64,000 nt of DNA from Takakia lepidozioides (lineage: Eukaryota > Plantae > Bryophyta): contig CM060733.1 in the NCBI GenBank assembly GCA_030704615.1, positions 5,580,001 through 5,644,000 on the forward strand, read 5' to 3'. Within the stretch, counting starts at the first letter, position 1. Each line of letters opens with the position of its first letter. Below are positions 23,588 through 36,300 of the stretch, piece after piece. The notes beneath the pieces were generated by a model that was not told the DNA's origin, did no database searches, and was given only the letters and a program-made list of their open reading frames with translations. The position numbers and the translations under genes were made by a program.

Positions 23588-25129
23588 AGTCATCAGTTCG
23601 CCCTTCAGCTCAACACTCAGCTACCTCGGATAGTACTCCCGGCAATTCAAGGTCAGGTCACGATATTTCTAACGAATATGTATTCTACATCACATCCTCC
23701 TGATGATTGTCTCTTTAGATGTTATCATGTAGCTTACTTGCAATGGATATACTCGTCGCTAGGGAGCGCGGTTAATGATGTGGGAAGAGCAGCAGAGTGT
23801 TTGCATATATTATGCAAATTTTCCCTCTTCACTCATCAGCTGAAGACTGCAACCTTGCAACCTGTATACACTCACCTCTTATGGTACATTTGTACAGCTC
23901 TTACTTGCTGAATGCAAATATTTCCTTGAGATACCGGGGGATCCTGATTTATGTTTAAGATGACAATTTTTTTGAAGTAATGGTTTTGATGACAAGAATT
24001 TGTTCAATTTTCCTGGTAGGGTTTCTGTCATTGATATTGTGATATTCATGTCCTTTTCGTTACAGGGAAATCTCTACACTCGTGTTGCCTCCGAGTTTTC
24101 CCGAGGCACCTGGTCGTGGATGCAAAGTGAATTCATTGTTCAACTATTTTCTTCCAATTAGTTTGATGCCTCTAAGGTTATGTATTTTAGTTAGAAGTCC
24201 AAAGAGATTCCTAGCTCAAGAATTAAAATTGTGATGCTCTTGTTCGTTAGAGTGAGAAGTCGAGAACTCGAGAACATTGTCCCCATTGCGACGGAATTAT
24301 TAACATTGACAACTGAGAGTGATGTCCACATGCTAAAGCTTGACTCATGCACGAAGTTCAGATTTAGCTGTCACAAATACTTCAACAGTGGTGCATCCGA
24401 TTCACCAACTCTCAAGGCAAACAGCAATATCTAAAGTCACATCATTCTGTAGCTCTAGCTTGAATGCTGGATCACTTTGTCTAGCATCCATCTCTCTGAT
24501 GTAGGTATGTGTGTCGGTGACAAAGTTGTTATGTTATAGTGTTCCAGTGTTCTAAATGTGACTCAAGAAATTCCCTCACGCTTCTAGGTTGCAGCTATTG
24601 TTGGAGCTAACTACAAAATGAAGTTGCATTTGCAATCATTCATTATTTGGTTCCTACATACGGTATCCATTTTTTCAGACTTACCTGCCTCATAATATTG
24701 CTAGAATCTCCAATATGCTGATATATCTGGTGAATGGTTTTCCAACCACACCTCATCCTCCCCCGAAGACTATATTCCTATTCGGTACATACAAGCCCAA
24801 CATACAAATGCTGCCGTGTAATACATCTATACGTGCACTTCTACGCTGATCCCTTCCTGGGCTAGACCTATGACTCAAACAGAAGTCACATGGCAAGATC
24901 AAACATGATTGCAGTACAACTTTTCAATCAAATCCTGCGCACAAAGCATCCTGAGCCCAGAGACATCAGGAGAGCTGTGCCAATAACCAAGTACGTAGTG
25001 TCTTCCTTAGCCCTGTCACTCCTAAAAGCAACTATGAGCTTCTTATTACTGCTATTTCTTCCATGGTAAGCCTCAGTAATTCTGCATTCAGAGTGTTACA
25101 ATAATTCACACAAAAGTTGAAGGACATAC

Positions 25130-26000
25130 ATGAGTGTACCACCAGAGTGTACCAACAGAAAGCACATGAGGCGACTGTTCATTTTCCGGAATGTTCAGCG
25201 ATTGCACCAATATTGCCATGGCCACTGCCTGTTCCAAATACACGCACCCTATGCAAGTTAATTCATTAGATTCAGCATCCAACTTACCCATGCAAGAATG
25301 GGAAGGCAGGGAGGAGTGTGGAAAATTGCTTTCAAGATCCACGACGTACATTTGGATTTTTCATCCAGCCAGAGATAAAACTACTGACTTCACACCCCTA
25401 TAGGAAGTCTCTGCACGCGGTAAACAAACCTCATTTCAACTGAAATACACCCAATTACTAAATTATTTCACTATCATGACCTTCTCAATCCATGCTTTTC
25501 ATATTTTGTATTGGGCCTTGACCATTCTGACACATCGACAGGCCAAGTGTAGATGCAATCAAGTACACAGATGATGTGGTGAAATAAAACAGAGTAGAGC
25601 AGAGGTGCAAGCAAATTGTTACCTTGCCCCCATAGCTACCCATCAGCAGTTTACGCCGACCCTGGTTGTCCATCAATGATAATGCCACCGCTGCCCCTGC
25701 ATACAAAGCATCCATAATGTCCAATTGACCTCCTTCATTTAATACTTGAGCATGGCACATTCTTGTAACTCGACAAATAAAACATCCATCATAGATAAGG
25801 GAAATCTGCTGCAAAGTGAAGGCGAGGCACCAGAATTCTTACCAATAAGGCTAGCAAACCCCACAGCAGCACTTGCAGGAATGTCATTGGTGATACCGGC
25901 ATCTAGTAAGTCAAGGATGAAAAGTAGAGCACACCACTGATTCCTGCAAACTGCTGCAGTGCAAACAATGCACTTCCAATAGAAGCAACTGCAAGCCATG
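25130..26000 (-). pseudogene. Fragment of a plastidic glucose transporter-like MFS sugar porter (3 internal exons, frameshifted)
   Basis: IGSALFALQQFAGISGVLYFSSLT / DAGITNDIPASAAVGFASLIG (frameshift between them), AGAAVALSLMDNQGRRKLLMGSYGG, AVAMAILV...LSVGTL. Carries the sugar-porter QQ.aG and D..GRR motifs; I found no N- or C-terminal exons. Confidence 0.78.
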
Positions 26001-26617
26001 TATAGGGTTGGTCAGTCAGCTGCTCAAGCTTTGGAATTTGTTTAATCAAGGCAAGGGAAAGGCAGGATACGGTTGATTGACTATACAACCTTCTCTAAAA
26101 GAAGCAATGGACAACATAGTAAACGAGTGCCAAAACCTGTCTTAATCAAACTGAGCCAAGAAAGGTAATCAATTGGACCGTTGTAAGTACTAATTTGGAC
26201 AGAAGAGCACCAATGCATGGAAATCGTCAGCCAAAAAGTCTCTAGCAATTGCATAGTCTCTAGTTCTTGGATGACCAGAATGATGTGCCAACTTGAACTC
26301 TGAGAGAGTACCCATCAACCATTCCCTGCAATATCTGCCATGACAAACCCTTAAGGGCATTGTACTCGCTGGACATCAACTCTCCCCTTACCGAGTGTGA
26401 AGCTCAACCAAACTATCAATTGTGCTGCCACACAGGTGATGACAACCCAGCTGCAGGAATTGACTGTGGTACTAAGCAATGGACATCATATTACAGGGTG
26501 CCAGGTTGATTCCCACACTACTGCTGCAGCTCTGCAGGTGGATCTTGATGTGGTTGCACTGCCAGTTACAGAGTTAAAAGCTTGGGAGATGTTGTTTGTT
26601 GTTTGTTTCGCTTATCA

Positions 26618-28990
26618 TCACCAATAATCCCCACAAGAGCACACCCCGTTCTTGAAGTGGTGAAAGCGATTTGCATCCCTGGCGACAATCTCTCGCCCAA
26701 CAATCTTGGTGATGAACTTGGTGGCAGTGTGGCAATCACCACATACCCGCAGGTTCTTCATTATGCGGATAGTCGTCCCAGGGGGTGTACTGATGAGCCC
26801 AAATGCAATGGCCAGTTTTTCACTGTGGTGGCAGAGAACCTGTTCTTTTGTCCGCTTATCCATATCATGCAAGACAAACCGTGTGTCTGGCACATATCCT
26901 GCCTCCTTCATCTGCCTGGTCAATCTCTCCAACTCAGCATAGATCTCCTCCGTTTGTGGGTGTGATCGATCCTGCACACCAAACGTATGTACCCTGCTGT
27001 TGACCTCAATCCAGCAGCACCCTGCCTCCTTTTTCACACCTCTGTCCTCCATGACCTTTCTGACCTTTGCTACATCCTCCCACCTTCCGGCCACAGAGTA
27101 AGTGTTTGAAAGCTGCACATACACTGCAGCATTTTCCGGTTCAGACCTGAGGACCTGTTCTGCAGCGCATTCTGCTAGCTCCACCCTGCCATGGATCCTA
27201 CAAGCACCAAGCAAGGCCCACCACACTGCAGCACCTGATTCAATTTGCATGTTGTTGATGAAGTCCTCAGCCTCGTCCAACCTTCCTGCACGGCCAAGAA
27301 GGTCAACCATGCAGCTATAATGATTCTCTGTCGGTGTGATGCCATGATCTCGACTCATGGAAATAAAGTATTGATGACCTTTATCCACCAGGCCCACATG
27401 ACTGCATGCAGAGAGAACGCAGAGGAATGTGACCTGGTTGGGTTTCACCCCTTCCAATTGCATGTCTTCAAAGACTTGCAGAGCCTCTTCTCCGTGCCCA
27501 TGCTGGGCGTATCCCATCATCATTGCATTCCAGGCGAACAGGTCCCTTTCAAGAATTTTGTCAAATGCTTCTCGTGCATCCTTGAGGCTTCCGCATTTGG
27601 CATACATGTCAACAAGGGCAGTCCCAACATAAACATCTGACTCGGATCCAGATTGCAAAATGTGCGCATGGACCCGTTTTCCCTCTTCAAGAATTGCTAG
27701 GATGGCACACGCTTTGAGGATGCTGGTGAAAGTCATCTTGTTTGGGCTAATGCCTTCTAGCTGCATCTGCCAAAAAAACTCGCAAACATCCTCAGCATGA
27801 CCACACTGGATTGATCCAGCAATCATCGCAGTCCAGGAGACCACATTCCGTTCAGGCATTTTGAAGAACACTCGGTGCGCATCCACCACACTCCCACTTC
27901 TGCAATACATGCTGACAAGAGCAGTCCCCACTTGGACATCTGACACAAATCCAGCTTTGATGATGCTTGCATGAATCTGCTTGCCCATTTCCAGGGTGGT
28001 CGGGCTGGCACACGCGCTGATGAAGGTGATCTTGTTTGGCTTCATGCCTTCTAGTTGCATTTGTTGAAAGAGGTCCAAAGCCTCTTCACTGTACCCTTGG
28101 TGAGCATATCCTGCCATCATCCCAGTCCATGAGACCACATCTCGTTCAGGCATTGTGTCAAATACTCGGCGCGCATCCCCCACACACCCGCACTTGCAAT
28201 ACATACAGACAAGTGCAGTCCCCACTTGGACATCTGATTCAAAACCAGCTCTGATTATGCCGGCGTGTAGCCGCTTGCCCTGTTCGAGTGCTGCTGGGCT
28301 GGCACATGCATTGAGAATGCTAATGAATGTGACCTTGGAGGGCTTCAGGCCTTCTTCTTGCATTTGGCGAAAGAATTCAAATGCCTCTGAACCATGCCCT
28401 TCCTTAGCAAGCCCTGCAATCATCGTATTCCATGAGACCACGCTCCGTTTAGGCATTTGGTTGAACACTTGGTGTGCATCCACAACACTTCCACACTTCA
28501 CATACATACTAACAAGGTTATTTCCTAGGAAGATATCTGGCTCGAATCCACTTTTCATGATGTGGGCATGGACCTCCTTGCCATCTTCCAGGGCCTTCGT
28601 CTTTGCATATCCCTGCAAGAGACGAACACAGCTCTCGGAGTATGCACGGAAGCCACGTTGCTGCATGAAATCCAGAATTTCCAGTGGTGCCTCCAATTGC
28701 CCCACCTTGCAGAGTAGTCCCACATTTCCACCAGATACACAACTGTCGTTGCCACCTCCCTCTCCCGGTCTTTGCCTCCAGCCTCCATTAAATGCAGTGC
28801 TGCCGCTGTAGTTGCAATGAATGGCAGGCCTGCCCCAGCTTGCATACCGAGCAGATGACTGGGTGTGATTCGAGACGTGGAACTCCACCGCCCTGCGTGA
28901 TGAAAGAGAGTGACTTGAGCATAGTGACTTCGGAGTGGAGTATTTTGTGTGGAGAAGTATAGGAGCTTGTGAAGGGTCCACAGCAAGCAT
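26618..28990 (-). CDS. PLS-class pentatricopeptide repeat protein with E and DYW deaminase domains (organellar C-to-U RNA editing factor)
   Basis: Intronless ORF with P-L-S triplets (VVSWNTMIAG, LVSMYVKCGSVVDA), PG-box-like AGCCWIE, HSEKLA...CGDCH zinc ligands and terminal DYW. First ATG is at 28990 (MLAVDP, 790 aa); the Ser-rich N-terminus resembles a transit peptide. Confidence 0.97.
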   Translation of the reverse strand: MLAVDPSQAPILLHTKYSTPKSLCSSHSLSSRRAVEFHVSNHTQSSARYASWGRPAIHCNYSGSTAFNGGWRQRPGEGGGNDSCVSGGNVGLLCKVGQLEAPLEILDFMQQRGFRAYSESCVRLLQGYAKTKALEDGKEVHAHIMKSGFEPDIFLGNNLVSMYVKCGSVVDAHQVFNQMPKRSVVSWNTMIAGLAKEGHGSEAFEFFRQMQEEGLKPSKVTFISILNACASPAALEQGKRLHAGIIRAGFESDVQVGTALVCMYCKCGCVGDARRVFDTMPERDVVSWTGMMAGYAHQGYSEEALDLFQQMQLEGMKPNKITFISACASPTTLEMGKQIHASIIKAGFVSDVQVGTALVSMYCRSGSVVDAHRVFFKMPERNVVSWTAMIAGSIQCGHAEDVCEFFWQMQLEGISPNKMTFTSILKACAILAILEEGKRVHAHILQSGSESDVYVGTALVDMYAKCGSLKDAREAFDKILERDLFAWNAMMMGYAQHGHGEEALQVFEDMQLEGVKPNQVTFLCVLSACSHVGLVDKGHQYFISMSRDHGITPTENHYSCMVDLLGRAGRLDEAEDFINNMQIESGAAVWWALLGACRIHGRVELAECAAEQVLRSEPENAAVYVQLSNTYSVAGRWEDVAKVRKVMEDRGVKKEAGCCWIEVNSRVHTFGVQDRSHPQTEEIYAELERLTRQMKEAGYVPDTRFVLHDMDKRTKEQVLCHHSEKLAIAFGLISTPPGTTIRIMKNLRVCGDCHTATKFITKIVGREIVARDANRFHHFKNGVCSCGDYW

Positions 28991-30317
28991 GGGAATGAGA
29001 GAGCTGTCTGTGGCTTGGCTGTGGACGTCTTTGGCACAGCTTTGGAAGTACACGGGCTTTTCGGAATCTTGGAAACTGTTCCAAGTTTGAATGCGTCCTC
29101 AGATGGTTGAGGTCTAGAATCTAGACAGGTTTGGATAGTCGGTTCAAGGAAGGGTAGTTCACATTTTGCTTCTGGAAAGGTTAGGTCTGTCGGAGAACAC
29201 AGGATAAGTTTTACACATGCCAGGATCTGTGAAGAAGAGGTCAGACTTCCATAGGGCAAGAAGTGCATATAATAGAAGACCGGGTCATCTGCACAGTGCA
29301 CATCCGATGGAGATAAAGTACATCAGGCTCACAAACAAATCCAGAGTCTGTTCCGTCATATGTACCGTCGGAGCTGCTGTCACCTCCGAATGCCATACCC
29401 GCAACAGCGGACTGGCTAATGATTAGTATGCCTGATTAGTCCCTTTGGAGTTTTGTCAGCTCCAAGCGAAGAACAGGGACAGAAGTGTATTGGATACCCG
29501 TGAATACACAAGGATGAGATGGTTAATCAACGTAGTGATTGTATTCTTCATTTCTTCCAGAAGATAAAAAACGCTTTCCCTCGGTTGGTTCCCCTTGAGA
29601 CAAGACTCTGGAAGCTCTGCGATGTCTGTAGCTAGTCAAGCAGATTGGCTTGGCCCAAAGACTGGGATCCGTTTTGAAAGTATTCAGTAGGGTCGGATTG
29701 CAGTCGCACATACTCTATAAACCCCATCTGCACGTGAAAAAAGGGTGGTGTTCCAGTGTCAATTCTCAATGCTTGACGTGAAACAAAATTTGTATGTTGC
29801 TGTCAAGTAAAACCTTCATGGTTGTTGCCATCATCCATATGCTGGCGGGACCACAATTCAAACAAAACTAGTGCCTGCTGTGTCAGAAGGTGACTTGTCC
29901 CACTTCAACTCTACTTAATACTAGATGTGATGAAATTCACACCCACCCACTCTTTCAGTTGAGTCGCAGATCAGCCAAGCACACACCTATTCCCTTCACT
30001 TGTCCCATTCCAGAGACAACTTAAGGTAAGAGGCAGACATTCTCCTTGGGCAGTACCTGTGACCATGTGGTCTGTACTGGAATCAACATTTTAACGCAGA
30101 TGGGCCTTGCACCCACAAATCTTCACATGTGTCTGAGAGAGAAAAATAGTCATTAAATGTTTCGTGTGGACGTTTTGGCTGTGACATAACCTTGAGGGTG
30201 TAGTTCACAGGTATCACATGTACTCCTTCGACTTCACTTCTGACCATAACCTGCACCTTGGTGTGGAGGGGCTCTCAAGGCTGAAAGACAGCTGGACAGA
30301 GAATTCAGCTTAGAGTA
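28963..30317 (+). repeat. Local segmental duplication, copy 2 (overlaps the PPR start codon)
   Basis: Matches 18266-19627 but lacks the 16-bp TGGTCCACACTTCACA present in copy 1. Confidence 0.97.
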
Positions 30318-33300
30318 ATGAGTCTTTTTAACAAGGTGATACAGTTAGAACAGAGTTGAAGTCAGAATCAACAACAAGTAGAACGCATGCTTGCTTCCTT
30401 CTTACCAGAGAGATAAAAAGTGTTCGGCTGATTGTCAACATAGTGTGTTTTTGGAGCTTCCCTGTAAACGAGAAACCATTCATCATCTGAAAGGACAACA
30501 TAACAGTGTGAGTGGGGTTGTTAGCTGAAAGCCTCAGGTCAGGGACATGTCCACCCTTGATAATTGTCACTTGGAGTCAATCAGACTAAAGACGCCGCTT
30601 CATTAAACTCTTTGTAATGCTTCCAAGCACAAATGAGTTCAACTAAAACGACAATTGTACCGTACAGATTGGAAACACAAGCTACGCAACATTCCAGTTT
30701 GCCTATTGGGACTCTTATTGGTCTGACTAGTTATCTGCAGAGAAAACATGGATCCCCTCATGTATTGAAAAGAAGATAGAGGGAAACATGCTTAGCTCAC
30801 CAACTTAGATGGCAGTCACGTCATAGTGCCTTATGTACCATCCAAGAATGATGTGATGGTTATTAAGAGTGCATCTTCACAAGGCACACACTCTTACAAT
30901 TAACATTCCAGCGTTCATTTACCTCTGGATGGAGACATAATCAGCCTGTGGGTCACTATCTTCAACGCAGTAAGATCAGGACAACCTGCAGCCCCTACAC
31001 ACAGGAGAATAAGACATGATTTGAAATGAAAGAAACAAAAAAATGTCCACAGGGGCCCTCAATGGACCATGGGGCAAAAGTAGAACAACAAGAAACCACT
31101 TGAGAGGCAGAGAGAGGCAGCTTTCCAAGGGAGAGCAGAACATCTAGATAACTTCCATTGCCCAAATGATGGCATTGGGGCAATCCCTTTTTACTACTGC
31201 CAGACAGATAGCCCACACTGGTCTGTGATCCAGCCACAAATTCATTGTTACTAGATTAAATCACATGTACCTTATCCGTTACACAGCAGAGCACCATATT
31301 CGACCTTCCACAGCTTTCTTCGGCCTTGTCCAAGGGGAAGGGGTTGATAGTCCATGTGTGCTATCTGGAGGGGTTGTCTCTGGCCTTCGTGGTCCCTTTA
31401 GCAATTCAAAATCCCACAATCCCAGAAATTGTGTAAGGTTCTCCTGGTCTTGGCTGGTTATTGTGGGCCCCACTTTTCTTTCTTGGTTCTTAATCCTTTC
31501 CTTGGTTCATAAACTCTCTGAGCTTACTTTGGATGTCATAACATTATAATCCTTTTATATGATACTTAAACAGCGCCATATTGTCTGGTACAACTTGTTC
31601 ACATTCACATAATTCCTTGAGTTTCATTAGAATAATTGAATGGTGTCAATGAGCGGATTTGACTAGTATTAGGTTGCAGTCAAGCAAGGCCGTACTCGAG
31701 GTAATCATTACAAAGCATTTCCGACAATCCCTTTTGGTAAAACTTATGGCATATCATGCCAAATATTTAAGGACTAGCCAGCAGTGTTGTCCAAATCTCC
31801 GACAAAGGCAACCAATAACTGTAATGTTGGATCAATGGAACGGAAAAGCATGGATCTATTACCGTACTGTAAAAGACCTGCAGTGGAAGAAAATGGGAAT
31901 TGGTCCTTTCCTGCCCGTTTTGACCACCTTTTGAGTATTGGCATCCCAACTGCAATTGTAAGAGAAATCAAGTCCTAGGTGAGTGTCAGCCAGGTAACTC
32001 TTGTCAGGGACCACTGAGCTCTGTATTCAATGCATTCAATGCCTTCCAGTTAAAAATGACAACAGAGCTCTTCGAGACATAAGCATATAGCCACCACACT
32101 ACCCCAAGATGCTAATCAACCCAGGTCTAGATTTCAGCAGACCCAAAGGGGAATAGAAATAGCACTATAATAACCGCATAAAATACTTCAGACAAAATAA
32201 AACCCCTAGCAGAAAATTATGGTGTCAACAAACATTACTAGCAGTTCAGAAGCTTCCATCCCCTTTATTCTTCACTTCTTTTCTACTTTCCGGTCCGTGA
32301 GTCAAGAGAATGTACTCATAAGACATTGTTTGCCGTAACCTTTGTGGCCATTGACCTCACGCCCAGTTTGAGCGGAACACAAAGGGACAGAACCTACCTT
32401 TGTCAGGGGCTGACGCTGGTAGTAAGACTTACCATGGAATAAACAATTGATCCGGGCTTTCCAGATATCCTCTAGAAATCCATTGACACAAGCATCAACC
32501 AGCTGTGTGTGGTTTGTCCAATAACTAGGCCCCAAAAGGGCCTGGGCTTTTCGCTCAGCCTCGAGACTTTCAAAGTTGGTAAACAGACCCTTGATAGATT
32601 TGAAGAGAGCATCTCTCTGGTGAGAGAATCCCAGACAATGAATCAGAAAATGAATATTGTCTTCAGGTTGTCCACACAACAGGCAATTGCACTCTCCCTT
32701 TCCTCTCTGCTTCTGTTTGCTGTTCAAAGGTAGGCTTCCCGCCCTGAGTTTAAATTTGAGTCTCGTGCCGAGAGTGAGTAAACCCTTGAGGCCATCCATG
32801 ATGTCCTCCCCAATGTCACAGACTGGAAACAAGTTCAGGGAAGTTTTCTGCCTAACTTCATTTTCATCAGACAATTTCCTGGCAACAGACATGGCTTTGG
32901 ACACTACAGCCTCTAAGTCAGCAGGGTCAAGATTTGCCAGCAGGGTCAAGACTTGCGGGCTAAGATTCTGATCCTTCAGAATCTCTTCTACTGTCTTCCG
33001 CCAGGACTTAGCCTATTTGACAGGGCGATCCTGCTTCCAAGATATAGAGTCAATTAACTTAGGATATCTGATGTTGGATATATGTTGCAGCTGACCCTAC
33101 CATCTGACCTTGAATTCATCTCGTTGGGAGCTTAAGGAAGGGATGCCAAACGCACCCTGAACAGCCACATTGGCTGTTTTGGAGCTTGCTGACATGCACT
33201 CCTTGAGCCACCCCATTTGAATGGATTCCAGAGACTTAGACTGGTTGGAGTTATCAACCCATATTGCTGATGCGTACTCCAAGGCAGGTCTAATAACACA

Positions 33301-36300
33301 ACAAAGAATGGTTTTTTTTTACCTTGAGTTGATCCCTCTGCAGTGGAAAAATTTAGTGAGACCCAGCGCTTTGCACTTGCCAGTTTGAACCACTTTTATG
33401 TGCATCCAAATTACAGTTGGAGGAACTCAACACCAAGGTATGTGTAGGAAGGGAGGACCGGAATCTCTTGGCTTCCCCACTGCCACTTTGAGATCACCTC
33501 CTCTCTCTCCTCGGTCGTTGAATGCCACCACTGCACATTTACTGACGTTAACCTCTAGCCCCCAAAGGTCAAAGTATCTCTTCGCACAATCAAACAACTC
33601 CTGGAGATTGGAAGGAGTCTCCCCTATGCCTGCGAAGTCATCTGCAAACATAAGGGCTGGTATGGTGGCATCACCCACCCTTAACCCAAATCCCTCACCT
33701 TCCACATCCTTGAGGAGTTGATTGACGAAAACATTGAAGAGCAGAGGGGAGAGGGTACATCCTTGAGCTACACCTTGGTCTATGTCAAAGAAGTTAGACT
33801 TCTGTCCATTAACAGTGACACAACTTTTGGTGTGAGCATACAAGTTATGAACCACTCTCCACATCTTCCCCAGTCTCTCCACACTGTGTCGTAAGCCTTT
33901 TTGACATCCAAGAAAAATACAAAAGTGGGTTTCCCTTCTTTTTTCCTTCCCTGGATAATCTGGCTTAGAGTGAAGATATGATCCACACAGCCCCTGTTTC
34001 GCCGAAAGCCAGCTGGCCTTCGTGAAACAACCTCTAGATTCCAGATCAACCTCGAGACAAGTACTTATAACTCCACAAAATATCTGGCCAACTGCATTGA
34101 GGAGCGTGATGCCTCGGTAGTTCCCGGTTCTTGTCTGTCACACTTCTTGTATAGATTGACAATGACCCCCTGTCGGCAGTGAAAGGGGTTAATTTCAGTC
34201 CTCCAGATAAGGTTAAAGAGAAGTACAAGGGCCTCTATCATGGGAACGCCACCGTGCTTGATAAGCTCGTCGATTATGCCATCAGGTCCACCAGCTTTAT
34301 ATCCGCTTAAAGGGCTGTCTTGAATCATAGGAACAGTTTTTCCAACTGTCCTTCCATTCTTCAGAGGACCCCTCACTGTTAGTTAGACCTCGAAATTCTG
34401 CCAAGGATACTGTAGTGGGTTTCAAAGGTTTTGACAATGTCAACCGTTGAAGTCACCACTGCACCCTTAGTAGTCCTCAGTGCTTGTACTTGCTGACAGT
34501 TTTTCGGCTTGTACAAACGTTGAAGGGCCAACCAGAATCTCTTCTCATTACCACCATGGTGGATTGAGTTTATGTCACTGTATAGCTTGTCCCAGTATAA
34601 TTTCTTCTGAGACCTTACAAGCTGATTGATATCTTTGTGGATCTGGTAGAACCTAGCCCACAATTCTTTGAGTCAAGAGGGAAAGAAGTAAATGAAATGA
34701 ATGAAATGAAATGGTGCTTTATAACGTCTGCGGAAAGCTCACCTTATTAGTGTCTGTTTTTCGAACAGGTTTAATTACTGCAGTTGGCACCACCTGTGGG
34801 CAATCACACATGGGAAGATATTATAACGACATGTTTCATGTGTAATTGTGAGTCTCCAGGCCATCCTGACCATTTGACTTTCAGATTTTCAGTTCTAGAG
34901 GTAGGCAAAAGCCATCATTAGCAGAAGCTGGGTAGAAGTAGACTAATCACATTTGTGATAGCCCATTGTACACTGGTTTTATTTCCAGGAGCCCAAGATG
35001 TTGAGGAGCTCAACTCATGCTCTCAAGTCACTCTTCTAATTGGGTGCCCGCTTCAATTTGTAAGACTAGCCACAAGCCTTAATGGTGATTCTTCAAGTGT
35101 CAGGACTCTATTTTACAGACATAGTTTGATAAGCTAATTAGCCTCCCATTCAGAACTGGAATACGAGTGAAACTTGTTCTGACAACTTCATTCATATTCT
35201 GCTTCTAACTCCGCTGGCATGCCTCTATCTCCTGTCAATTTCTACCTTTGCTGTTGGTACCACTGTCTTCTATCCAATGTATGGGATAGCTTACCTGACC
35301 ATACGGTATCCGCTGCAGAAGCTGCCTCTTTAGATCAGTAATACGCTTTTCGTAACTTCTCTTCATTTGTACCTGCATTTTCGATGGGCAAAGATGATGA
35401 GATACACCATGAAATGTATGCTTTCCATTTGCAGCAAAAACAAAAAAAATTGGAAGTTCAATAATCTTACTGCCTGGTGTTTCCCCCGGTCCCGCCAGAA
35501 GAAGCTCATATCAGCCTGCACATCAAACAGATTCAGGCTTATTGTTATTATGTTATTATGCTAAGAGAGGAAGGGGGTGTTTCCTTTAGAAGCAAGAGAG
35601 TCAGAGAGGAAACGAAGAAGAGGACAAAATAAACTTACTATGTTCATGTGAGGTCCTAAAGGCCTACATGCCACAATTAAAACAACTGAACTACAGAAAA
35701 CAAACCATAGAAGACGTACTCAAAAGCTCAGGCAGCACAAAGGCTGAGTGCCAGATAGAGAGGGTACCAGAAGCTCTTGTAATGTGGCAGTTGGAACATC
35801 GGGGCAGTTCTGCTTGCGGAAAGCCATCACCATGTCATAAGCCTCAGCAGGTATCCTGCCATATGACAGCAATTTTGATTCAAGATACACCCTGAAAATG
35901 AATGTGGCCAGAATGAACAACATCATGTTGCTTTGAGAGGTCTAAACCTCGATGATTCGATCAGAGACCAGACAGGATGAAACGTTGTCCTACTTGAAAA
36001 CTTATGATACTCCAGGAACACCTAGCCTTTTTTGAGCCCTCAGAGCTCCAGTTGACAGGTTATTAATTTGAACTTACATGCACAATCTCTAGTTTCTTAC
36101 CACTGAGCAGCCTCTGTCTTCATCTGGACAGGTCTGACATGATGTTTACAACAACTGTACCGGTGTGACAACCGCTGCATACCAAAACAACAGGAAGTAA
36201 TAGAGCGTAAGCAAGAATTACATCTATTTTCTTTAGCTGTAACTCTTCACCCGCCCTTGATGTTTACTGTACCACACACTGTCAATTCACATGATGCCAG

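Noticed and set aside
18266-30317. Treating the 1.36 kb direct repeats as LTRs of one retroelement
   Set aside because: No TG...CA termini, PBS, PPT or TSD seen, and the interior holds intron-containing host genes on both strands.
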